The position numbers were made by a program, and so were the translations under genes. A stretch of DNA of 64,000 nucleotides from Chitinivibrionales bacterium (lineage in GTDB: Bacteria > Fibrobacterota > Chitinivibrionia > Chitinivibrionales > WJKA01). Below, one piece after another: positions 37,561-48,502 of this stretch. The stretch covers positions 1 through 64,000 of the forward strand of contig JBBRUX010000004.1 in NCBI GenBank assembly GCA_038247415.1, in the 5' to 3' direction. The notes beneath the pieces are model-generated. The model was given only the letters and a program-made list of their open reading frames with translations, was not told where the DNA came from and ran no database searches. Numbering within the stretch: position 1 is the first letter of the stretch; each line of letters opens with the position of its first letter.

Positions 37561-38442
37561 ATGAATCCTGGAACTGTAACAAATTTTTTTGGCCGCCTGG
37601 ATAAGAAATTTTTTTCCGATTTGGTAACCTGTTCTGCAGGGCTTTATTCTAAAGTTTTGGGACACACCGTTGTACGAAAGCTTGTTACAGAATATCAGGT
37701 TGCTTATTGCCGTGGCGGATCCGGATTTATCACCTGTGGTGCGATAACAAAAAAAGTAGGCCCTGGAGACATATTCATAAATATTCCTAATCATGCGCAT
37801 TCGTATTGGGCCGACAATGATAATCCATGGACGCTTTCGTGGGTTCACTTTACTGGAAGTTCCGCGCAGCGCTATTTTACACTCATGAATTGTAAACCGG
37901 AAGAGCCTGCATTTACGGTTGGTTTGCAGCCACAACTCAGAAGCTTATTTGATCAATTACTGTATGAAATAGCATTTACGGAACTTCATCACCAAATCAA
38001 AGCTCTCGCAACGCTGCATCAGATCTTGGCAGAGATTATTTCTTTGCGAACCGTTCAAAAAGAAATGGTGCGTAACCGTTTACAACCCGTGCCGATCATA
38101 AACATTCAGGCAATAGACACCTTTATCAACAAAAACTTTGAAACAGCATCCCTAAAAAACTTGGCAGCCCTCTGCAACAAATCCGTGCCCCATTTTATGC
38201 GGCTTTTTAAACAACGAACGGGATACTCCCCAAATCAATATATCACACTGCATAAAATCACTCACGCGAGTATCTTGCTCGCAAGTCAACCAGAAATGAG
38301 TATAAAGAATATTGCACACAGCATTGGATGCGAAGATCAGCAGTATTTCTCCCGAATGTTTACAAAAGCGACTGGCCAATCTCCGCGTGCGTACCGAAAA
38401 GTTACCACGTGGGAAACACGTCCAATCCCGTTTAAGGATTAG
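37561..38442 (+). CDS. AraC-family transcriptional regulator
   Basis: Cupin domain (HSYWADNDNPWTLSWVHFTG) and double HTH (RLFKQRTGYSP...YFSRMFTKATGQSPRAYRK). Confidence 0.95.
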   Translation: MNPGTVTNFFGRLDKKFFSDLVTCSAGLYSKVLGHTVVRKLVTEYQVAYCRGGSGFITCGAITKKVGPGDIFINIPNHAHSYWADNDNPWTLSWVHFTGSSAQRYFTLMNCKPEEPAFTVGLQPQLRSLFDQLLYEIAFTELHHQIKALATLHQILAEIISLRTVQKEMVRNRLQPVPIINIQAIDTFINKNFETASLKNLAALCNKSVPHFMRLFKQRTGYSPNQYITLHKITHASILLASQPEMSIKNIAHSIGCEDQQYFSRMFTKATGQSPRAYRKVTTWETRPIPFKD

Positions 38443-39418
38443 ACAATGTTTTTCTTTGGAATCCTGGGAGGGTAAGTGAATGTTGCAATCCTCCTTGCAA
38501 AGCAATTTCCTGATATTGCCCTTCGGCTCCACCTGCACGATGTGCTACTTCAGCTGCAATAAAGATACCGTTTGCAAATGCCCACGTTGCCCCTAAGGAA
38601 GTTTTAAACTCATTATCCTTAAAAAAAGCGCTCGATCGTCCTTCGGTACGCGCTGCGAGGGTCAGATTATCGTTATGGAGATAGGCTGCGGCAATTGTGT
38701 ATCCAGATGGGTATTCTTGGTCATGACCGCCTGATGCAAGTTTTGCATGGGCTTCAACATCAACAGTGATCTTGCTCAATACAAGACTTGTCCCTAAATC
38801 GGCATCGACATTTGCTTCATTAATAAAAACAGACAATCGCGTGAACGAAACATCAGAATGTAAAAAATCACAAAATAAGACACCGCCGATATCATCAGAT
38901 TCCTCTATCCCAACCACAGAATCGGCATCTGCATGGACAATAGCCAAAGCAGCTCCACCTTTAATTTTTCTTTTGGTGGTGATAATGCACACCGACGGAA
39001 GAGTCTGACCTACGTCGTCGGCAATGAGTGGACTAGAAATCAAATGCGTTGACAAAACACCATGAGGAATACTTTGCAATCCAAAGATTAATTCCAAAGG
39101 CTTTGTATCCGACTTATAATCGGCAAGGGCTTGATCGATCCAGATATCATGCATATCATTTTCTGCAGCTAAAAGAACCGAGGCTACCAAATTTTTTGAT
39201 ACGCCAATCGAGGCGCCTAAATTTACCATACCAATCGACAATTGGGGGTGAGACATCCGATCGGATTGTCCATAGGCATCAAGGGTAAATGCCCCTCCAA
39301 TTTCAAGCTCTTTTTTTTCTTCGGAAACTGTGTATGCGGCTGGAGAATCTGCGGCCTGTGTAAACCCAACGTGAAGAGCTAGCGCACTCATAATAGTCAA
39401 CGAAAGAATCTGATTCAT
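38432..39418 (-). CDS. Outer-membrane porin-like protein (LbtU-like)
   Basis: Signal peptide, beta-strand pattern, and IWIDQA...GLQSIPHG...HLISSPL resembling LbtU-type porins. Confidence 0.6.
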   Translation of the reverse strand: MNQILSLTIMSALALHVGFTQAADSPAAYTVSEEKKELEIGGAFTLDAYGQSDRMSHPQLSIGMVNLGASIGVSKNLVASVLLAAENDMHDIWIDQALADYKSDTKPLELIFGLQSIPHGVLSTHLISSPLIADDVGQTLPSVCIITTKRKIKGGAALAIVHADADSVVGIEESDDIGGVLFCDFLHSDVSFTRLSVFINEANVDADLGTSLVLSKITVDVEAHAKLASGGHDQEYPSGYTIAAAYLHNDNLTLAARTEGRSSAFFKDNEFKTSLGATWAFANGIFIAAEVAHRAGGAEGQYQEIALQGGLQHSLTLPGFQRKTLSNP

Positions 39419-39560
39419 ACGAACTTCCCCTTTAAAAAGTATTGCACAATAAACCGTGCAACCACAATGAGTACTATCTTTGTTTTAAAATGATACTATC
39501 GGCACCAGTATCATGACAAGAGTATTTATAGAGGTGGGGGGGGGTTCTCGAGCGAGCCAC

Positions 39561-41768
39561 TTACGAGGGTATTAAAGGAGATGCGCTACTCCGAGAAGAA
39601 AGAGCGAGCGCAACCGCTTTGCCAAGCGACTGGGGAGTGAAAGGTTTTTGCAAGACCGGACCAACAAACTCGGGAGCATTATCGCGAGAATCAAGATTAC
39701 CTATTTTCCCCGCAAAGCCAGAAATAAAGAGAATTTTTTGAGCTGGATCACGTGCTTTTATCCGCAATGCACACTGATCACCTGTCATACCAGGCATGAT
39801 TACATCGAGAATGACCAGATCGAAAGGCATACAAGCTTGTTGTAAACGTTCTAAACATTCTGCCCCAGAAGCACAGGCGACTACGGTATAACCGCAATCC
39901 ATAAGCATCCACGATATTGCTTCTCGTAAAGAAGCTTCATCGTCTACAAGCAGTATATGCCCACTTCCCTGCTCAAACGGATCAACACCAAGAGAAGGCT
40001 CCGCAAGATTAATTTCCGAACACGGAAGATAGACATGAAAAGTCGTTCCGGTTCCTACAACAGAATCTACCTTTATATAGCCATCATGCATACGAGAAAT
40101 ACCGTATACACTCGCAAGCCCAAGACCGGTTCCCTTTCCTGGATCTTTGGTTGTAAAGAAAGGCTCAAAAATTCTTTCCTTTATTTCTTCACTCATGCCA
40201 GTTCCCGTATCGGCAATACTAACGACCAGATACTCTCCGGGCGGCGAAACTTCACCATCGGGATGAATAAACCCCTGCGAAGATTTTTCGATATGTGTTG
40301 CAAATGTTACTGTTCCACCCGCTGGCATTGCATCACGCGCATTAAGCGCAATATTCAGAAGCATATTTTCCAGCTGCGTTAAATCTCCTTTAACCGTTGG
40401 GGTAGCTGCTTCAAGTTTTGATTCAAAAACAATTCTTTTGTCAACCGTATGGTGTAAGAGAGACATTGTTTCGGTGATAAGATCGTGAAGATCAACAACA
40501 CTCATCTCTACAGGTGTTTTTCGAGCAAAAGTAAGGAGCTTTTTGGTGAGACCGCTTGCTCGCATAGCTAAATCGTATATACCTTTAGCAAACCCATACA
40601 ATTTCTGATCGCCTTCAGATAATTTACGCATAAGAAGCGAGGAGTACCCTCCAATGCCGGCCATAATATTGTTAAAATCGTGAGCGATTCCACCCGAGAG
40701 CTGCCCTAGCGACTCAAGACGGGAGGCATGAGATCGTCCTACCTGTTCTTCTAGAATTCGGCTCTTTTTTTCTTCATCGCGCAATTTCGTTACATCGTGG
40801 AGAATTATGAGCATCCCGATCGTACGACCATGATCGATTAGCTCCGATTGCGAAACCAGGCACACGCATATGCGATCACCGCTTATAAACGAAAATTCAC
40901 GAGAGCTCAGATTTTCTTTAGAGGAATACCCTTGAAACATTTCGAGAGGATTTTTTTTCCCCAGCATATCTTTAATATTAAAAAACTGTGCCGCTTGCTG
41001 ATTTATTTCTCGAACAAGCCCGTGCCCATCGAGTATGATAACACCTTCTTGCACTTGCGAGAAAATATCCAGAGCTGCAGCACGAATATTTACCGATAAA
41101 AAATCGTGCTTAACAATAGAGAAAAAGATAAAACCCGATAAAATTATTACAAATAAGGAACCAAAATACGGTATCGTATCAACATGCAGAATACCCGTTT
41201 TAACAACGCTCTCTATCATTACAAGTACATACATACTTAACAAGCCCACAAACAGATGCTTGAGCTGTATCCGCAATTCTGGATCGTTTGTTTTTTTGAT
41301 TGCGCGGAGTATGAGATAAAAACAATAAACAGCAGGAACCACATTACACAAAAACACTGCTGGATAATACCAAATGTCAAAAACATCAATGACACCCCAA
41401 AAGGTTTTATAATGGCTCTGCACAAACCCATTTGTTGCAAGACCCCACGTAACCCAGAATACCGAAATACCGACCATACTCCAAAATGCGCGCCCCCTTT
41501 TTCTCCCAAGAAGCGCATACAGAAAATTAAGGATATACAGAACGATAGGAAGCCAAAATATGACCTCTATATACAGAATAAAAGATACGACATTTTCATT
41601 CGTTTCATTCCATTCTATAAAATGACAAAAAGCCCACAATGATGCTACAATGGCAAAGAGAGAAAAAGACCTGTTAATTTTGCTATGAGGATTAAGTGTA
41701 AACACCACAGCAGCTAATATAACATTGACAAAAAACGAAGTAAGTGGAATAAACGAGTAATAATTCAT
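39561..41768 (-). CDS. 7TM hybrid histidine kinase (HisKA_7TM, PAS, HisKA, HATPase, REC)
   Basis: Seven hydrophobic segments, [26 protein letters not shown] and a REC domain. Confidence 0.92.
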   Translation of the reverse strand: MNYYSFIPLTSFFVNVILAAVVFTLNPHSKINRSFSLFAIVASLWAFCHFIEWNETNENVVSFILYIEVIFWLPIVLYILNFLYALLGRKRGRAFWSMVGISVFWVTWGLATNGFVQSHYKTFWGVIDVFDIWYYPAVFLCNVVPAVYCFYLILRAIKKTNDPELRIQLKHLFVGLLSMYVLVMIESVVKTGILHVDTIPYFGSLFVIILSGFIFFSIVKHDFLSVNIRAAALDIFSQVQEGVIILDGHGLVREINQQAAQFFNIKDMLGKKNPLEMFQGYSSKENLSSREFSFISGDRICVCLVSQSELIDHGRTIGMLIILHDVTKLRDEEKKSRILEEQVGRSHASRLESLGQLSGGIAHDFNNIMAGIGGYSSLLMRKLSEGDQKLYGFAKGIYDLAMRASGLTKKLLTFARKTPVEMSVVDLHDLITETMSLLHHTVDKRIVFESKLEAATPTVKGDLTQLENMLLNIALNARDAMPAGGTVTFATHIEKSSQGFIHPDGEVSPPGEYLVVSIADTGTGMSEEIKERIFEPFFTTKDPGKGTGLGLASVYGISRMHDGYIKVDSVVGTGTTFHVYLPCSEINLAEPSLGVDPFEQGSGHILLVDDEASLREAISWMLMDCGYTVVACASGAECLERLQQACMPFDLVILDVIMPGMTGDQCALRIKARDPAQKILFISGFAGKIGNLDSRDNAPEFVGPVLQKPFTPQSLGKAVALALSSRSSASPLIPS

Positions 41769-41845
41769 CGACTTTTTTCCTAGTTTCAATCGCTAAAAAA
41801 AATCTCCCCAACATACACCAGAAAAGCTATTACATGCAGCAAACG

Positions 41846-42412
41846 CTAAGCAAAAAGGGTATGCTCCAAAAGAATTTTGATTCCAATTCCAATGAGAACC
41901 AATCCCCCAAATATTTCTATCTTGCTTCCAAAAAAATTACCTACCTTCACGCCTATGTACACTCCTAAAAGAGAAATTACAAAGGTAATAAGTCCAATAA
42001 TTACAGCTGGTTGTACTATGTCAATATTGAGAAACGAGAGCGTTATACCAACAGCGGCAGCATCAATACTCGTAGCAAATGCTAAAGTAATGAGCATATA
42101 AATATTTTGTTCCTTTTTAGGCTTCGCCTCATTAACATCCCCCCATATCGCCTCATAAACCATTTTGCCACCCACACCAGTAAGCAACGCAAACGCAACC
42201 CAGTGGTCAAATCCTTGCATAAATCCTGCAGCCGCAAGCCCCAAGCTCCACCCAACAATAGGCATAACAGCCTGAAAAACGCCAAAAAAACCGGCCATTC
42301 GCAAAGCATGGCGAACCTGCATTTTCTTCATGGTGGTTCCGGTGCTCAGCGATACTGCAAATGCATCCATGGCCAACGCCACAGCAATAAGACAAACCGT
42401 TAACAGAGACAT
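41846..42412 (-). CDS. mntP: Manganese efflux pump MntP
   Basis: ALAMDAFAVS, FQAVMP, DHWVAF, ATSIDA and EIFGGLVLIGIGIKIL. Confidence 0.95.
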   Translation of the reverse strand: MSLLTVCLIAVALAMDAFAVSLSTGTTMKKMQVRHALRMAGFFGVFQAVMPIVGWSLGLAAAGFMQGFDHWVAFALLTGVGGKMVYEAIWGDVNEAKPKKEQNIYMLITLAFATSIDAAAVGITLSFLNIDIVQPAVIIGLITFVISLLGVYIGVKVGNFFGSKIEIFGGLVLIGIGIKILLEHTLFA

Positions 42413-42563
42413 ATATCCTCGATTTCTATAGTTTCTTCACATACCCCCATCTTGAATTGCAATAAAATAGCTCCTGGAATGGGATAGGTTGGATTAGAAA
42501 AAATAGTTTTAAAACGCGAGAGTGGACACCCGTAGGCTACGAGAAAACGAGACAAACATGTGC

Positions 42564-44834
42564 CTACACAACTTTTATTTGAGCATTTACCATGCGTATA
42601 ATTTTTGGACCCACAATTTCTTCGCGCACTGGGAAAAAACGGTCACCGATTTTTAAAAGCGTTCCCGGCATTGCGCTATGCTCAATCCGAATAAAGGGCT
42701 GTTTTGCTCCATAGAGTTTTTTAGAGAGCTCCTTTTTATGTGCTTCGAGCTCCTTAATCTGATTTTCACATTGTGCAAAGGCAGTTTTTAATTTAGTATA
42801 CAAAAACTCCTCCTTAGGAGGAAGCGTTCGGCGAATGGCAATAATTTGATCCATTTTTTTGAGTGGCTCAAGAAATTTGGCCTTATTCATTTGAGTTTCT
42901 TCGATAGTTTTTTGAGCATCTGCAATTTCCTCGGCTATCGTAAAATCTAAACCTACCTCAAGGCTAGTCTTGATCTGTGAAGCATTTCCAACGCTAAAAA
43001 CCGTGATCGAATCCCTGGCCACCAAGAGTCCTCCGGCAACAGAAAGGGGTTTGCCATACACCGCAATAAATTGCCGTGCGTAAATTGTGGCATTAAGCGA
43101 TTCTTTGGCTATAACAACACCTTTGCGAGATTTCACGCTCTGATTTTTAAGGAATCCGATATTAACATCACCATTTGCTTCGATGATACCTTTTCCATTT
43201 CCCAAAAAACCTTGTTTACACAGTACGTTTCCTGTTACCTTTATCTGAGAATCCTCAACCGTTCCAAAAACTTCAAGATCCCCACCGCACGTTACATCAA
43301 ATCCCGACTTTATATCTTTGTCAACAATTACCGATTTTGCATAGTTAATATTACCGGTAGAAAAATCGACATCGCCATGTACGGCAAAACCCTCACAAAT
43401 CTCAACCAGAGAACCATTAAATACCACATTCCCAGCCGTCTCTGCAAGCAGAATAGACGCATTCTCAGGATCTAAAATAGTATTGACGCCCATCGGCAAA
43501 TTTGCGGCAATTCCATCTTTTCCGAGTAATGTTTTGCCCATCACAGAGGTTCAATTAATACCTTTTGTTGGCGGGATAAGCTGCGCAAGCTTTGAACCTT
43601 TTGTCATGGATCTTACGATGTCAACATTTTTAAAATCTACACTTCCATCAGAATTCTGCTTAGGTGCAAGCGAAGTGGTTGTATTAAAAAGGTACTCTAT
43701 TATTCCATCAATGCCCTGAGTAGCCGGTTCACCTGCTGCAATAAGAACGGGCTCGCCCGGACACTTTTTACTGTCTAGCAATTTAACAAGCCCGTCAACA
43801 GCCTCTTGCTTGACTCCAAAGGTAATACCACATTTAATGATTCGTTGCTTCACTTCATAGGCATCGGGTAGTTTTCCACCAGGACCAGGTTTATGAATCA
43901 CCACCGCAGCTTTCATCTTTTGGGGATCCATAATAATATCCATGGTTCCATCAAATGAAATCGGGAAAACACCAATTTTCCTATTGAAACTCCACACTAT
44001 CCCATCAACCAGGGCAACAATTTCATTCCCCGATTTAGACAGCGATACCGTTTTGTCAAACTCATATGCCACCGGGGTAAGCGTGGTAGAAACCAGAGGC
44101 CCCCCCTTGACAGTTGTTCCAGGGATTGATGCTACCGCTATGCCACGCTGGGCGATAACTTCACCTATTGTAGCACTCCCGAGTGTACCCCCATCTCCAT
44201 CAAGTTCCCAAAAATTTCGGCATTTGATAGCCCTATCATAATAATCACGATTGTCAACACACTGCTTAAGTACTTCCCATTCACCTTCTTGCCCGCTCGT
44301 CGGCTGCATTCCTACCGCTATTTCTGAAACGGCACATGATTTTTTTTCTTTATTCCACTGTTTAACAAATAATGCAACTTTAGATTCATTGATGCCAAAT
44401 ATTACTCCTGCTTCCACAAGTGCATCGAGTACTTCATCGGCCGTAAGAGATGCGGTGCCTTTTGATACATCACATCCGCACGACGCGATCATTGCATCAT
44501 CTGAGATTGTTATAATAAGCGGTGTTGGCACAGCCTTTGGAGAAAAAGAAACGGGCTGTTCTATTGGAGACGCATGCACAATATTCGGTGAAGCGGCTTT
44601 GTTAAAATCCTGATTGGTAGCTGATTTTAACGATTCGGATTGCAAGGGCATTGGATCCACAGCAATGTGATTGGGATCGAGCACCTGAAGAATGGTAATT
44701 GCTCGCTTCGCAATAATTTCAATGAGATGCTTATCCAATTCTTTGCTAGAATTTACCAAAACCATCCCGTTGTTCATGAGGATATCTTCAATAAGCACCA
44801 TTCCGGGTCTAGCATCTTCAATTTTAATCTGCAT
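42564..44834 (-). pseudogene. FapA (DUF342) flagellar assembly protein interrupted by one in-frame TGA at 43551-43553
   Basis: The two track ORFs share a frame: ...IPPTKGIN*TSVMGKTLLGKDG. FapA motifs lie on both sides (GSVDFKN; GDVDFSTGNINY). The joined product would be 756 aa. Confidence 0.8.
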
Positions 44835-45075
44835 GAGCTACATCCTGAGTCACAAGCAATTTTGATTGAAATCATTCCCTTACAAATTGAGCATAAAACC
44901 TATTTTCCAGATCATTTCTTATCAAATAAACCTGGCAAACGAGCAAGCTCTTGGATTTTTTAATTCTACAGCCCGTGCATGACCATTGCAAGAGCATCGT
45001 TTTGGCCGCACCTAAACGTATATTATTGGGTACTTTTTGAATCGTTTTTATCATCACTAACCGACAACTATTTTC

Positions 45076-47271
45076 ATGACACCACTCGTTGCAAGTGTTG
45101 GTTTTCCAATTGCCATCTCAGGAATCTACGATTATTCGATCGGCACCGAATTTCGTAACGCTATTACTATTGGCACCCCTGTTATGGTTACAGTACGCTC
45201 GCAAACACTGTGGGGCATAGTTCTGGAACTCAAAGAATCTTCTATTCATCCGGTTCTCAAACCTATTCTTGACATTAAAGAAGAGCGATGGGCTGATGCG
45301 AGTAAATCCCTTATAGAACTTTACAAATGGATTGCATCATATTACGCATGCGACCTGGGGAAAGTGTTTAAGCCTTTCGTACGCAAAACACTCATAGCAG
45401 CAAAAGCTAAAACCGAACACCTGTATTCGCTGCAAGAGTCATCTACTGCCCTCACAAAAAAGCAACAAGAATCTCTTGATATACTTAAGACACTTGCCAT
45501 GTTACCTGCTACATCAAAAGCCATTTGTAGTGCTACTACTATCAGCACTTCTATGATCCAGAAATTGTGTCAAATTGGTGTCCTGTCAATGACTAGCTCG
45601 GAGGTTACCCGAGAACCCTCTGAATTAGCCCCAGATGCTCAAGATACTTTGGGGTATACCCTCAATGACGAACAACAATCTGCTGTTGATACTATGGCTG
45701 CGCATTTGGAAACCCCGTCTAAGCCATTTCTTGTGCACGGCATAACGGGTAGCGGAAAAACGCTCGTATATATCGAGCTCACTCGTCTGGCATTAGCCAT
45801 GGGCAAGGGTGTAATTATTCTTGTACCGGAAATTTCGCTCACACCACAAACAATTCAACGATTTAGAGGTGCCCTCGTTGACGACATTGCGGTTCTTCAT
45901 TCCCGCATGTCGGATGGCGAACGACGGGATGCACTCTCCGATTTGGCTTCTGGCAAAAAGAGACTACTTATTGGAGCCCGATCTGCAATTCTTGCGCCTG
46001 TGGTAAACCTAGGGCTTATTATTGTTGACGAAGAGCATGATGGATCCTACAAACAAGGAGAAACCGATCCTCATTATCATGCGCGGGATGTTGCTGTTAT
46101 GCGCGGTAAATACCAGCACGCGCTGGTTGTTCTTGGCAGCGCAACCCCATCGCTTGAAAGCTATACTAATGCAACAACCGGGAAATACACCTGTATCACG
46201 CTGTCGAAACGATTTGGTGCAGCCCGATTGCCTTCTGTTACCGTTATCGACATGACCGCCGAACATCGCGAAAACAACTGGACATTTTTATCCCGCATCC
46301 TGAAAAATCGTATTACCGCAGCCCTAGAAAACAAACGGCAGATTGTATTATTGCTTAATAGAAGAGGGTTTTCTATTTCTCTTGTTTGCAAAGAATGTGC
46401 ATTTACACAAGCGTGCCCTCACTGTTCGGTAAAACTTGTATACCACCGCGATGGCACATCGCTACGATGCCATCAATGCGGATACCAAGAAACAGCACCT
46501 CAACGATGCCCTAAATGCAAAGGCGAACAATTCCAGTATCGGGGAACCGGCATTCAAAAAGCAGAGGAAATGCTTGCCGAGACCTTTCCTACCGCCCGTA
46601 TCCTTCGCATGGATCAAGATACCACGCGTCGTAAAGGCGCGCATGTATCGCTTATCGATTCGTTTGCAGAAAGAAAATTTGATATACTTCTTGGAACCCA
46701 GATGGTTGCCAAAGGACTTAATTTTCCCGGGGTTGCACTGGTTGGCGTTTTATCGGCAGATATCGGTTTGCATTTGCCCGATTTTAGGGCTGCAGAAAAA
46801 ACATTTCAGCTTCTCTCACAAGTATCCGGCCGGGCAGGCCGCGCCGACGACCTAGGAGAAGTTATTATTCAGACCTATTGCCCAACAGACCCAGCGGTTT
46901 TGTGTGCTGCATCACATGACTTTTTCGGATTTTACAATCAGGAAATCGAACAGAGAAAAGCGCTTGACTATCCGCCATTCTCTCGGCTTGTCAGAATTAT
47001 TGTGAGTGGTACCGATCGAGACAAAACACAGGGGGCAATAATCGCCATGGCAAAGCTTCTGGTGCCTTTAACCCAAGATGCCTTCATGGTTCTGGGGCCT
47101 AGCGCAGCCCAGCTCGAAAAGCTCAACAATGAATTCCGATTTTCGATTCTTATCAAATCGATGCAACCATCGCTTCTGCGCGCAGCGCTTATTAAACTAC
47201 TCCCTTTTAGTGCATCGTTAAAACGGCCACTTAAGGCCGTTATCGATGTCGATCCCGTCTCGATGCTTTAA
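45076..47271 (+). CDS. priA: Primosomal protein N' (replication restart helicase)
   Basis: GITGSGKT, LVPEISLTPQ, DEEHD, GSATPS, Zn-finger Cys pairs, GTQMVAKG and QVSGRAGR. Confidence 0.97.
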   Translation: MTPLVASVGFPIAISGIYDYSIGTEFRNAITIGTPVMVTVRSQTLWGIVLELKESSIHPVLKPILDIKEERWADASKSLIELYKWIASYYACDLGKVFKPFVRKTLIAAKAKTEHLYSLQESSTALTKKQQESLDILKTLAMLPATSKAICSATTISTSMIQKLCQIGVLSMTSSEVTREPSELAPDAQDTLGYTLNDEQQSAVDTMAAHLETPSKPFLVHGITGSGKTLVYIELTRLALAMGKGVIILVPEISLTPQTIQRFRGALVDDIAVLHSRMSDGERRDALSDLASGKKRLLIGARSAILAPVVNLGLIIVDEEHDGSYKQGETDPHYHARDVAVMRGKYQHALVVLGSATPSLESYTNATTGKYTCITLSKRFGAARLPSVTVIDMTAEHRENNWTFLSRILKNRITAALENKRQIVLLLNRRGFSISLVCKECAFTQACPHCSVKLVYHRDGTSLRCHQCGYQETAPQRCPKCKGEQFQYRGTGIQKAEEMLAETFPTARILRMDQDTTRRKGAHVSLIDSFAERKFDILLGTQMVAKGLNFPGVALVGVLSADIGLHLPDFRAAEKTFQLLSQVSGRAGRADDLGEVIIQTYCPTDPAVLCAASHDFFGFYNQEIEQRKALDYPPFSRLVRIIVSGTDRDKTQGAIIAMAKLLVPLTQDAFMVLGPSAAQLEKLNNEFRFSILIKSMQPSLLRAALIKLLPFSASLKRPLKAVIDVDPVSML

Positions 47272-47274
47272 TTC

Positions 47275-48315
47275 CTATGTTCGTAAATAATGCACTTCCG
47301 AACAATCGCGCAATTTCAATGCACTTGCTTCGGGTGTAATATCTCGCTGGGGCTGCGCAAGCAATTCATACCCAACCATAAATTTTCTAACGGTTGCCGA
47401 ACGAAGCAGCGGAGGAAGAAAATGAACATGAAAATGCCAATGAGAGTTATCTTCAGTAGTTGTTGGTTTTTGATGAATTCCCATTGAATACGGGAAACTA
47501 GTTTTAAAGAGATTGTCAAACCGGATTGCCATGCGCCGCATTGCATCGGCAAGATCATCGCTTTGCTGTGGCGAAAGTGCTGCAATATCAGACAGGTGTA
47601 CTTTAGGGAGAATCATAGTTTCGTAGGGCCACACAGCCCAAAAGGGAACTAGTGCAACAAAGGTATCATTTTCAAAAACGATGCGTTCTTTTTTAGCAAT
47701 TTCTGCATGAACATAATCGCAGAGAAGACAGCATTGTTTTTTTGCTTTATAGTGTTTCTGACAGTTATCTTCGAGTGAAACTAAATGCGGAATGGTTTGC
47801 GTTGCCCAAATCTGGCCATGCGGATGCGGATTGCTGCACCCCATGATATCACCACGATTTTCGAATATCTGCACATAATTTACATAATCGATAGCACCAA
47901 CTTCTTTGTATTGCTCTACCCAAATATCAACAACCGATCGCACCTGAGCTTTATCCATGAGAGCAAGAGTTAAATCATGTCGTGGCGAAAAGCAGATGAC
48001 CTTGCACAGCCCTCGTTCGGCATGCGCAATAAAAAGATCCCCATCGATATCATCCCCAGCAGGTGTTTGTGGCAACAGCGCAGCAAAGTCATTTTCAAAG
48101 ACAAAGGTCGATTCGTAAGCAGGGTTATGCGCTCCTTCAGCTCGCTTGTTTCCCGGGCACAAGTAGCAGGCCGGATCGTAGGTTGGTCGTGTGTCGCGCG
48201 CGCTCTCCTCAACCTTGCCTTGCCACGGACGTTTGGTGCGATGTGGTGAAACTAAAATCCACTCACCCGTGAGAGGGTTAAACCTGCGATGGGGATCTTC
48301 GGAAAAGTTGATCAT
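47275..48315 (-). CDS. galT: Galactose-1-phosphate uridylyltransferase
   Basis: [34 protein letters not shown] and VRKFMVGYE. Confidence 0.97.
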   Translation of the reverse strand: MINFSEDPHRRFNPLTGEWILVSPHRTKRPWQGKVEESARDTRPTYDPACYLCPGNKRAEGAHNPAYESTFVFENDFAALLPQTPAGDDIDGDLFIAHAERGLCKVICFSPRHDLTLALMDKAQVRSVVDIWVEQYKEVGAIDYVNYVQIFENRGDIMGCSNPHPHGQIWATQTIPHLVSLEDNCQKHYKAKKQCCLLCDYVHAEIAKKERIVFENDTFVALVPFWAVWPYETMILPKVHLSDIAALSPQQSDDLADAMRRMAIRFDNLFKTSFPYSMGIHQKPTTTEDNSHWHFHVHFLPPLLRSATVRKFMVGYELLAQPQRDITPEASALKLRDCSEVHYLRT

Positions 48316-48418
48316 GATAAATCCTTTTTGAAGTGCTTGGAGTCGTAGAAAAAGAGAGCTTTAAAATACATTAAATTAAAAAAAATGAGAAAAGGATGCA
48401 GCTACTAACATTTCACAT

Positions 48419-48468
48419 AAATAAATGGGCTCAATGCATCATAAACTATGCAATGAACCCATTTATTT
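48419..48468 (-). terminator. Hairpin downstream of the FGE-domain gene
   Basis: AAATAAATGGG...CCCATTTATTT stem with extended imperfect inner pairing. Confidence 0.5.
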
Positions 48469-48502
48469 TAATTTTCAAAGGTGATTAATTAAAATTTGTA
48501 GG

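Noticed and set aside
39442..39461. NtrC-like box upstream of the porin gene
   Set aside because: TGCAC-N8-GTGCA has one base more than the N7 consensus, and no sigma54 promoter was found nearby.
42413..42563. yybP-ykoY Mn riboswitch upstream of mntP
   Set aside because: Expected from context, but I could not find the conserved GGGGAGUA/CGUC/GAGACC-type elements on the minus strand. An Rfam scan would settle it.
43551..43553. Genome-wide UGA=Gly recoding or selenocysteine
   Set aside because: TGA ends fliM, hemB, the hemC fusion and the reductase at their expected termini. Only one internal TGA was seen, and it aligns with Gly rather than Cys.
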